32,000 bases of DNA, taken from positions 53,362 through 85,361 of the forward strand of contig NZ_NVQC01000036.1 of the NCBI RefSeq assembly GCF_003044035.1. Reading direction: 5' to 3'. The notes below the pieces were generated by a model, which made no database searches, was not told the origin of the DNA, and saw nothing but the letters and a program-made list of their open reading frames with translations. The DNA comes from Candidatus Methylomirabilis limnetica. GTDB lineage: Bacteria > Methylomirabilota > Methylomirabilia > Methylomirabilales > Methylomirabilaceae. Numbering within the stretch: the first letter of the stretch is position 1; the number at the start of each line of letters is the position of its first letter. Below are positions 24,793-32,000 of this stretch, one piece after another. Position numbers and translations under genes: made by a program.

Positions 24793-25296
24793 TTACGCAG
24801 ATGCATCCGTATCACTATCAAGACCTCTCACCTTCTCATCACCATGATCATCGTCATCCCCAGCATCATCTTCCTCAAACGGTGTACCAGGAAAATCATC
24901 ATCTGAGAGTATGGGTGGTGCATCAGAGTTAAACAACGCCATAATCCATACATCCTTATTATCTGAGTCGAATATAAAGGACACACCTTTGCCATATCGT
25001 TCTCGTAATGTCTTTAATACCGGGTGCGTGGAACGGACTTTCTGGAAGAAGTCTGTTATAGCATCGTGCTCTTGTTTCTCCAGTTGTTCAAGCTCCAATT
25101 CAACGTGTTCCAAGGCGAGTTTGGCTTTCTTTGCCATAAACTCCGCATGGTCGGCAAGACGCTGAGATTTTTCCAGTGCAATATCGGTCATTGTTTGGCA
25201 TTTAGCACGAAGCATCATAATCTTGGAATGGTCCATGAGGGAATCTGGATCGGTCACTGGTATACGCATGGGTTCTTTGAGCAATGCGACTTTCAT
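24793..25296 (-). CDS. Hypothetical protein with a coiled-coil N-terminal half and a strongly acidic C-terminal tail
   Basis: 167 aa with a strong AAAGGAGG upstream. I recognised no family. The tail reads DDDFPGTPFEEDDAGDDDDHGDE. Confidence 0.6.
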   Translation of the reverse strand: MKVALLKEPMRIPVTDPDSLMDHSKIMMLRAKCQTMTDIALEKSQRLADHAEFMAKKAKLALEHVELELEQLEKQEHDAITDFFQKVRSTHPVLKTLRERYGKGVSFIFDSDNKDVWIMALFNSDAPPILSDDDFPGTPFEEDDAGDDDDHGDEKVRGLDSDTDASA

Positions 25297-25378
25297 GGTG
25301 CCTCCTTTAAATGGCGATAGAGGTGGAAATGGTCTTGGGGATAGTCCTGGAAATGGTTGGTACCGGGTATGGCGCTCC

Positions 25379-25762
25379 TTATTTTATTAATTTCGTCGAT
25401 GTGCAGCACGTAGAATCGAGATGGCACGACCAGGCAGCGCCAATTTGTTTGTGCAAGGCGCGGGTCTCCAGAGGTGATGACAACAAACGGGAAACACGCG
25501 GGATGGAAAACATCACCGTATCTGGAGCTACTCCGGCAGGCAGTTCGATTTCCACCGTCATTTCCTGGCCGTCGATGACCGGCAACCAGTACGTCCGCGC
25601 TTCATCGCTTGTGTCGCCAGCGGCACGATTGCGGGCGAGGGTTTCCATGATCTCCTGGCCTGAGACCTCGAACACTTGCTCCGAGCGTCGCGTCAGGGCG
25701 GGCGGGTCGGCCGCCAGCGATTCCGCGAGCTTCAGGCGCACGAGGTCGTGGGATATTGTCAT
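25379..25762 (-). CDS. Hypothetical protein (weakly supported)
   Basis: 127-aa ORF with no Shine-Dalgarno sequence. The first 90 or so residues look protein-like and the C-terminal 35 look degenerate. It follows repeat copy B. Confidence 0.35.
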   Translation of the reverse strand: MTISHDLVRLKLAESLAADPPALTRRSEQVFEVSGQEIMETLARNRAAGDTSDEARTYWLPVIDGQEMTVEIELPAGVAPDTVMFSIPRVSRLLSSPLETRALHKQIGAAWSCHLDSTCCTSTKLIK

Positions 25763-25911
25763 CGTCAGAAGGATACGCTACGCCACATCGGTCCTGAAGG
25801 GAAGGACAATTCTGTCGGAGGACCGGCTGGCTTCCGGCACGAGCACCCACGCGATGCCTCGTTGATGGCCTCCGCACGCCGGGAAGTCATCGCGACTCCT
25901 CCGCCCGCGCC

Positions 25912-25998
25912 AGCAGCGCGGCAAAGCCGTGTCAGAGTTGATGCCCTGGTGATCAGCCGACGTAGGTGAATCTACACAAATGGTCGCTGTCCCTATTT
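25912..25998 (-). repeat. About 89-bp repeat family, copy B
   Basis: It aligns with copies A and C and ends AAATGGTCGCTGTCCCTATTT, 19 nt beyond the stop of the OYE gene. Confidence 0.7.
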
Positions 25999-26017
25999 CC
26001 AGCAACTGCGGGATACC

Positions 26018-27118
26018 TTATGCGGAAGAAGAGGGGTGATATGGCGCATAGTCCGTATATCCTTCAGGCCCAGATGTATGCCATCGCGACATATCTTCAG
26101 CAGGGTTGACAGGCCAATTATTCCGGAATCGTTCGGGTAAGTCAGGATTTGTGATAAAAGGTCGGCCAAAGGCGATCATGTCTGCATGGCGTGCTGCGAT
26201 GCGCTCTTCTGCTGTTTCTTTGGTATAACCGCAGTTTCCAATAATGATGCCGTGAAACAGTGGCCTGAATTCCGCTAAGGTCATCTGTACACCTTTCCCA
26301 TGAAAACCAAAAGCCAGCCCATCCATGATATGCAGATAACCAAGTTTCAATGCATTTAACTTTTCGGTAGCATAAAGATACGTCTGCCTAAAGTCATCAC
26401 TGCCCATATCATTAAACGCGCCGTTTGGCGAGATGCGGGCCCCGACCTGTTCCGGCGGCCAGACCTCAAGCACCGCTTCCAGCACTTCTTTAAAAAAACG
26501 GAATCTGTTTTCAAGACTGTCACCATATTGATCGTCGCGGTGATTGGTTTGCGAATCAAGGAATTGATTGATCAAATAGCCATTGGCGCCGTGCACTTCT
26601 ACCCCGGAAAACCCGGCGGCCTTGGCATTCTTTGCCGCCTTACGGTAATCATTCACGGTGGTCTGAATGTCAGCCAATGACAGTGGTCGTGGAGTTTCAT
26701 ATGGCTTATTGCCGAGAGGGGTGCGGATGTGATCACCGTTCAGCTTCACAGCAGAAGCGGAGACAGGAAGGTCACCATGATGGAAATCACTGTGCGAGGC
26801 CCTACCGCAATGCCATAGCTGAAGAAATATGGGCGTGCCTGTTGGTGTGACTTTGTCCGTGACCTTCCGCCAGCCCTCGACCATCTCATCAGTAAAGATT
26901 CCCGGAGAGTCAATCCAGCCAATGCCCTGTTGTGAAATCACTGTCGCTTCGGTTATCAGAAGCCCGGCACTTGCTCGCTGGTAATAATGCTCTGCCATAA
27001 GATCATTCGGCACGCGCTCCTTACCAGCACGCCCCCTTGTCAGCGGTGCCATGACGATGCGGTTTTTCAGGTGCAGTGTGCCCATTGAGAGTGAGTCAAA
27101 TAACCTGCTGCTTTTCAT
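26018..27118 (-). CDS. Old Yellow Enzyme family NADH:flavin oxidoreductase (alkene / N-ethylmaleimide reductase-like)
   Basis: 366 aa from the ATG at 27118, with AGGAG 5 nt upstream. It has MAPLTRGRA, FLQLWHCGRASH, HGANGYLINQFL and AFGRPFITNPDLP. Confidence 0.9.
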   Translation of the reverse strand: MKSSRLFDSLSMGTLHLKNRIVMAPLTRGRAGKERVPNDLMAEHYYQRASAGLLITEATVISQQGIGWIDSPGIFTDEMVEGWRKVTDKVTPTGTPIFLQLWHCGRASHSDFHHGDLPVSASAVKLNGDHIRTPLGNKPYETPRPLSLADIQTTVNDYRKAAKNAKAAGFSGVEVHGANGYLINQFLDSQTNHRDDQYGDSLENRFRFFKEVLEAVLEVWPPEQVGARISPNGAFNDMGSDDFRQTYLYATEKLNALKLGYLHIMDGLAFGFHGKGVQMTLAEFRPLFHGIIIGNCGYTKETAEERIAARHADMIAFGRPFITNPDLPERFRNNWPVNPAEDMSRWHTSGPEGYTDYAPYHPSSSA

Positions 27119-27646
27119 GTAATCTCCTACTCTTAGTCTTTGCGCTATAGATCTTTGCAGGAGAATGCGGGGCTGAGCCGGCCTAAGCGGCCGCATCGCG
27201 TGCCGCCACGTTGATGGATGGGTGAGGCGCCATCACTGCCAACAACGCGGTTCAGGAATTACACTTCTAAGAGGACACACCCTCCATCTGTTGTGAGTGA
27301 TCCGTGAAGTTCGCCAGGCGGGCGAGTCGCGTCATGACCGGCATCACGCCATACGCCCAACGCGTGGTCATACAGACGGCCGCTGAGCCTACACACGTCC
27401 TCCGAGTAGGGATGAGTTTTCCTCCACGTGGAGATGTATCGGTATCCAGTAGGACGCGTGTCGATCGTGTGTATTCACCGGTTATTGGGTCGATGCTGAG
27501 CGTACGTTCCTCGGCCATTCCTTCGAGCCCCTTGATTGGCGTCTACCGTGTCCGGCGTTCTGTGCTCAGGGTGTTGCAGTCGATCATCGTAGATTTCGTC
27601 ATTCCATGCCCGGTATGTCAAGGAGATGGCGCCGAACAGCGAGCAT

Positions 27647-27735
27647 CACCGGCGCGGCGACGCCGTGTCCGAGTTGATGCCCTGGTTATCATCCGATGCA
27701 GCTGAATCTACACAAATGGTTGCTATCCCGATTTT
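27647..27735 (-). repeat. About 89-bp repeat family, copy C (slightly diverged terminus CTATCCCGATTTT)
   Basis: CACCGGCGCGGCGACGCCGTGTCCGAGTTGATGCCCTGGTTATCATCCGATGCAGC...AAATGGTTGCTATCCCGATTTT. Confidence 0.65.
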
Positions 27736-27877
27736 ACGTGGATCGGCGTGTACCGCCGCCTCGGCCTTGCCGGCGGCTTAGAGGACGTCCGGCTATTCGG
27801 ACTCCAGGAAGGCGAACTGGCTCATGTCCCCAGTACCGGGATGTCGCGAGTTTGTCGCAAGTTGTGTCGCAGCTCCG

Positions 27878-28169
27878 TCACGGATCTCCCACGAGCTTCT
27901 GATGGCATGATGTGCAGAAGTGACGGCGCTTGCAGGAGAATGCCAGGAGATATTCATGGCCGCGATCCTTGCATTTCACACGGGCAAAGCCGTTGCGCAA
28001 ATCGCCGCAATCCCAGGTAACGGAATATCGTCTGCCCTATTTCAGGTGGCAGATACCCCAAGCGGGCGTGATACCGCTCCTCGTGTACCCGCTCCAGTTC
28101 CTCGAAGAAGTCCTCTACGCATCGGTAATAGTCCGATAATCTGGGATTGCGCGGGGTGTAGAGCGCAGA
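27878..28169 (-). pseudogene. N-terminal zinc-binding-domain fragment of an IS91-family transposase; frameshifted, with no start and no catalytic domain
   Basis: A hand translation of the minus strand gives LYTPRNPRLSDYYRCVEDFFEELERVHEERYHARLGYLPPEIGQTIFRYL. After a 1-nt shift near 28012 it reads DCGDLRNGFARVKCKDRGHEYLLAFSCKRRHFCTSCHQKLVGDP-stop. It is not in the ORF track because it has no start codon. Confidence 0.65.
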
Positions 28170-28186
28170 TCACTTGTTTTCCACCC

Positions 28187-29473
28187 TCACACTACCGTGC
28201 CGGCGGGCACGATCGCCCCCTTCGACACAACCAGGATGCCGTCGACGATGGCGATACCGTCGCGCACATGGCCGTTGGGCTTACCCACCGGGTTGAGCGT
28301 GACGTTGTCGCCGATACGGGCGTTCTTGTCGATGATAGCGGTGCGGAAGTGGCAGTTGCGGCCGATGCCGATATTGGGGATACCGTTGGCGGCGTTGGCC
28401 GCGAAGTCGACATCCGACTCGTAGTAGTCGGCGCCCATCATCACCACGTCCTCAAGGTCCACTCCTTCGCGCAGTACCGAACGGATACCGACCACGCAAC
28501 GTTTGATGTGCGCCTGACTGATGATGCTTCCGTCGCCGATGATGGCATGGTCGATCGTGCAGAGGTTTACCTTCGTCGCCGGCAAATAGCGGGCGTGCGT
28601 GTAGATCGGATCGATCTGGGTGAAGAAGTTGAACGACGGCAGCGGATGGGCGAGCTGGAGGTTGGCCTCGAAGAAGGCGCGCACGGTGCCGATGTCCTCC
28701 CAATACCCCTCGAAGAGGTGGCTGAAGAGGCGCTTCTTGCCGAGGAGACCGGGGATGATCTCCTTGCCGAAATCGGTCATGTTGTTGTCGAGCGCCTCCT
28801 GCAGGACTTCGCGTTTGAAAACGTAGATACCCATCGAGGCCAGGCAGCGTTTTTCGGTGGAGCGGGTCTTGAGGAGTTGCTCGATGGCGGGGCTGACGGC
28901 GAGGCTCTGGATCACCTCCGGGTCCTTGGGTTTCTCGACGAAGGAGTCGATCGAGAGGTCGTCATGTACGCGCATCAGGCCGAGGCCTGCGATGGCGGAG
29001 GTCGGCAGCGCGATGGCGGAGATCGTCACATCGGCGGCAGTACGGATATGCTGGTCGATGATCTGGCGGAAATCCATCCGGTAGAGCTGGTCGCCCGAAA
29101 GCACGAGCACGAGATCGTGCGGGTAGGTGCGGAAATGGGTGAGGTTGCGCCGCACAGCGTCGGCAGTGCCCTGATACCAGTCGGTGGTCTTCTCGGTCTG
29201 CTCGGCCGAGAGGATGTCGACGAAGCCGCCACCGAAGGGGTCGAAGTTATAGGTATTCTGGATATGCCGGTGCAGTGACGCGGTGTTGAACTGCGTGAGC
29301 AGGAAGATCCGGTTGATGCCGCTGTTGAGGCAGTTGCTGATCGGGATATCGACGAGGCGGTATTTGCCGGCGAGCGGCACCGCCGGTTTGCAGCGTTCCT
29401 TGGTTAAAGGATAAAGCCGGGTGCCCCGGCCGCCGCCCATGATCACTGCCACTACTGGAGAACGTGTTATCAT
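28187..29473 (-). CDS. glgC: Glucose-1-phosphate adenylyltransferase
   Basis: It has VIMGGGRGTRLYPLTKERCKPAVPLAGKYRLVDIPISNCLNSG and a C-terminal left-handed beta-helix region. I chose the ATG at 29473; the track ORF begins at a TTG at 29512. Confidence 0.9.
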   Translation of the reverse strand: MITRSPVVAVIMGGGRGTRLYPLTKERCKPAVPLAGKYRLVDIPISNCLNSGINRIFLLTQFNTASLHRHIQNTYNFDPFGGGFVDILSAEQTEKTTDWYQGTADAVRRNLTHFRTYPHDLVLVLSGDQLYRMDFRQIIDQHIRTAADVTISAIALPTSAIAGLGLMRVHDDLSIDSFVEKPKDPEVIQSLAVSPAIEQLLKTRSTEKRCLASMGIYVFKREVLQEALDNNMTDFGKEIIPGLLGKKRLFSHLFEGYWEDIGTVRAFFEANLQLAHPLPSFNFFTQIDPIYTHARYLPATKVNLCTIDHAIIGDGSIISQAHIKRCVVGIRSVLREGVDLEDVVMMGADYYESDVDFAANAANGIPNIGIGRNCHFRTAIIDKNARIGDNVTLNPVGKPNGHVRDGIAIVDGILVVSKGAIVPAGTVV

Positions 29474-29571
29474 TTTTTCCGCGAAAGTGTGAAGCCGAAG
29501 GGTCTCGGGCAAATGCCTTGCGCCGACGGTAGCGCAGGCAACAGCATCGTAAAACTAAAAACCCGGACATT

Positions 29572-30015
29572 ATGTGCGGTATCGTCGGCGACGTAGGCAC
29601 ACAACGTGCGGTCAACATCCTCCTCGAAGGCCTCACGCGCGTGGAGTACTGCGGCTATGACTCCGCCGGTGTCGCCGTCCGGGGGAAGGGGCAGATCGCG
29701 GTGGTCAAGAAGATCGGCCGCGTCGATACCCTCGCCAAGCTCGCCGCCCCGCGCACATTCCGCGCCACCACCGGCATCGGCCACACCCGTTGGCCCACCC
29801 ACGGCGACGTGACCGACGCCAACACCCATCCCCACCTCCGCTCCGACGGCACGTTCGCCCTCATCCACAACGGCGTGATCGAGAACTACGTTGGCATGAA
29901 GCGTTTCCTCATCGAGAAGGGCGTCACCTTCCAGTCAGAGACCGACACCGAGGCGCTCGTCAACCTCTTTGATAGGAATGTGCTTTTTGAGTTGAGAAGA
30001 TACCACCCGAAATAA
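29572..30015 (+). pseudogene. glmS: Truncated glmS: only the N-terminal glutaminase domain of glutamine--fructose-6-phosphate aminotransferase
   Basis: It begins MCGIVG (Cys nucleophile) and has GIGHTRWPTHG and HNGVIENY. Similarity to GlmS ends after SETDTEALVNL at about 29968, and 15 unrelated codons follow before the stop. The roughly 480 codons of SIS domains are missing. Confidence 0.75.
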
Positions 30016-30207
30016 GAGTGCGTCAAGAAGATGCCTGCCCACGTCATCCGCACACGCGTCATGCGGCATCCTCATATTCCGGCACGTAGTGAGCCTCTTC
30101 ATATTCACCCACCTGACTATCGGCGTACACGAGCAGCGGGTCTGCTTCCTCCGTGACCGGCGGCCCTCTTCCTCGTTGCGGCTGTCGCTTCGGAATCGGC
30201 GTGCTTA

Positions 30208-30501
30208 ATATAGAGACAAACACTCTTTATTAAAATCCTTTGGGTCTTCCCCTCTGCAACACGTGTATGACTCGTCCAGTATCCTGCGCACCTCACAGAT
30301 GAACCCGTCTCTTTGCAGCAGCTGCTCTGTCATCGTGCGCATTCAAGGCTCTGTCGTTCCGAAAGACCGCCTGGCGATCATTCCTTCGTTGCCTCACATA
30401 ATACGGGTGACCAAACGCAACGGTTCGGGTCATCCGTGGCATGCACGTTCATGACCGCGAATACCACGAATTGTCACGATACTAATGTCTGTCCCTATTT
30501 T
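30208..30501 (-). mobile_element. Y1-transposase-derived MITE-like element, copy 5 (most diverged left TIR)
   Basis: ATATAGAGACAAACACTC ... TAATGTCTGTCCCTATTTT. The interior is collinear with the other copies. Confidence 0.7.
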
Positions 30502-30722
30502 AATCGCTTCGCGCAAGGTTTCTTATGGCGGACGGTGCATCCCCACCAGAAGTCGGCAGCAATGGCCTTCCCCCCCGGACCATTTCTCAATGTAAGAGTC
30601 GAGCTGCTTCCCCCGCGAAGGTTAAAGTAACTTACGCAGAAGTCGGCGCGGTCGGCCACCTCAATGGTCTGTTGCAGTACCGGCAGGAGCGATTGCTCGA
30701 TGTTGTCTAATATCCTAGGCAT
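30502..30722 (-). pseudogene. 5' fragment of a PLD-like-domain helicase gene; one frameshift, one in-frame stop, cut off by MITE copy 5
   Basis: It reads [38 protein letters not shown] 1-nt deletion in the G5 run (30610-14) shifts the frame to [28 protein letters not shown]-stop-ETLREAI, which runs straight into the MITE terminus. I recall this pattern from the N-terminal PLD/NucT-like modules of large helicases in restriction/defence loci. Confidence 0.5.
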
Positions 30723-31156
30723 CGAAGAGGGAGGATGCTCGCTTCAGGCAACGGTGACAAAGACAGGGGAACCTCTGGGTAAGCTGTGCGTCTCGCAAGG
30801 AGCGGGGGAGCCCCCCCAAGCCCTCGGGACGGCAGCTAGGCGGGCGCCGAAGGCGAGATGCAGAGAGCGGCAGGCAACGACCGAAGACAGTCAGGCCGGA
30901 GGGGAACTGGCGTGGTAACGCCAGCCACGAAGCCATAACGTTTAGCTCGAAAGAGGGAGAGTCTTCCGCAGGCAATCTCCCGTTGACCGTGATTGATGAT
31001 ATGCGTATCATCGGAGCATTCCGTTAAGGATGTGCGCCACGCAGAACGAAGGTGGACATTTTCGCTTCTCACTTTCTTCGAGCGGTGCACGCAAGATAAC
31101 CTCGGCGGAGAGGCAATCCAGACAGTCGAGGTGAAGCAGGCACGGGAGGTGAAACT

Positions 31157-31378
31157 ATGGAAGACCGGATCAGCGTGGACCCCAAGGTCTGCAGCGGAAA
31201 GCCGTGCATCCGCGGGACTCGCATCATGGTAAAGAACATTCTCGGAATGCTCGCAGGGGGGTACACGATCGAGAAAGTGCTCGAAGCCTACCCGGATCTA
31301 ACTCGCGAAGACGTGGCGGAAGCTCTCAGCTATGCTCGCCAAGTAATCGACGAGGAGAAGGTTGTCCAGCGTGCCTGA
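31157..31378 (+). CDS. DUF433-family protein (putative antitoxin of a DUF433/DUF5615 pair)
   Basis: 73 aa reading ISVDPKVCSGKPCIRGTRIMVKNILGMLAGGYTIEKVLEAYPDLTREDVAEALSYA, the DUF433 pattern. Confidence 0.8.
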   Translation: MEDRISVDPKVCSGKPCIRGTRIMVKNILGMLAGGYTIEKVLEAYPDLTREDVAEALSYARQVIDEEKVVQRA

Positions 31379-31762
31379 GCCGTTCGCGGTCCTTTTCGAT
31401 CAGAACGTACCCCAAGCTGTCGCCCCACGTGGCTTCGCGGATTGCGGCCTTCGTGGGACGTGCACCACGCGACCGAGGTAGGTCTGGCCGGGAGGAGTGA
31501 CCGTGAAGTCTTCGACTGGGCTCAGGCGTGTCAGGCGATCATCATCACATTCGACGAGGACTTCGCGGACCAGCGATCCTTCCCAGTTGGAGCACACTAT
31601 GGTGTTGTTCGGCTTCGGGGGTGGCCCACGACGATCGAGGAGACTCAGGACGCACTCGAGCGCCTCCTGGTAGAGGTTTCCACCAGTGAACTTTCGGGTT
31701 CACTGGTGATCGTTGGTCGTACTCGCATCCGCGTCCGGCCCAGCTGGCCAGGCATGTCATAG
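31371..31762 (+). pseudogene. DUF5615 (PIN-like / Mut7-C-like) gene with an apparent frameshift in a C-run
   Basis: The GTG at 31371 overlaps the DUF433 stop and gives VPEPFAVLFDQNVPQAVAP, the family N-terminus. The body, TWLRGLRPSWDVHHATEVGLAGRSDREVFDWAQ...ITFDEDFAD, lies in another frame (track ORF 31442-31762). The switch is at CGCCCCACG, about 31421-31429. Confidence 0.6.
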
Positions 31763-32000
31763 CCAAGAATACGCAGGGACAGCGCTGCGTCGGGCAGGAG
31801 TCGAGATACAAACTGGGCCACTCGCGGAAAACAGCATTGTTGTCCTTTCTGTTTTAACAATCTCATAAAATATTGGCTCTTCGCGTAATCGAGTGGGTGA
31901 ATTTAACATGAAATCCTCTGTAAGCCTTGTGGCATCTGGTAAAATCCGGTCTGCACCCCTTGCAGAAAACGGGAGGATTTCTCAATGGCTATTTCAACCA

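Noticed and set aside
27267-27518. 83-aa minus-strand ORF, and the 133-aa plus-strand ORF 27304-27705, between the OYE gene and repeat copy C
   Set aside because: Neither has family motifs or good start contexts. The region looks like decayed sequence downstream of the IS91 fragment.
30880-30930. GTCAGGCCGGAGGGGAAC and GGTAACGCC strings as SRP RNA or RNase P RNA
   Set aside because: These are isolated short matches in the wrong order, without P4/GGAAAGUCC or the SRP domain IV symmetric loop context.

Overview
This is a GC-rich bacterial chromosomal window with no rRNA, tRNA or CRISPR array. Nearly all long genes lie on the minus strand.

Gene content, in order:
- a Phd/VapC toxin-antitoxin (TA) pair (209-882)
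- an orphan ExeA(GspA)/GspB pair (1694-4031)
- a PQQ-dependent alcohol/methanol-family dehydrogenase (5107-6918)
- a lipoprotein alpha/beta-hydrolase (7364-8764)
- a nine-gene acyl-CoA block (9410-20121): a DUF35 protein, an SCP-x-type thiolase, a split B12 acyl-CoA mutase with the isobutyryl-CoA-mutase Phe/Gln signature, a membrane Fe-S oxidoreductase, EtfAB, an acyl-CoA dehydrogenase and an enoyl-CoA hydratase
- a stretch that looks more AT-rich by eye (20277-27118): HigBA, a SagB-type double nitroreductase, a VIT1/CCC1 transporter, three orphan ORFs and an OYE-family reductase
- glgC
- a decayed end region: truncated glmS, helicase and IS91 fragments, and a DUF433/DUF5615 pair

The most unusual content is the repeat landscape:
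- Five co-oriented 294-435 bp MITE-like (non-autonomous miniature transposon-like) elements consist of the two ends of a Y1 (IS200/RAYT-type) transposase gene between 15-bp terminal inverted repeats (TIRs).
- A second repeat family of about 89 bp shares the same terminal CTGTCCCTATTTT.
- The 11 plus-strand copies of this terminus that I scored all point the same way. Each sits just 3' of a minus-strand gene or truncates one, including two helicase genes of the kind found in defence loci.
- Heptanucleotide arrays and several GC-rich hairpin repeat families fill the operon spacers.

Product calls come from motif recognition in the supplied translations, not from database searches. All repeat coordinates were derived by hand.
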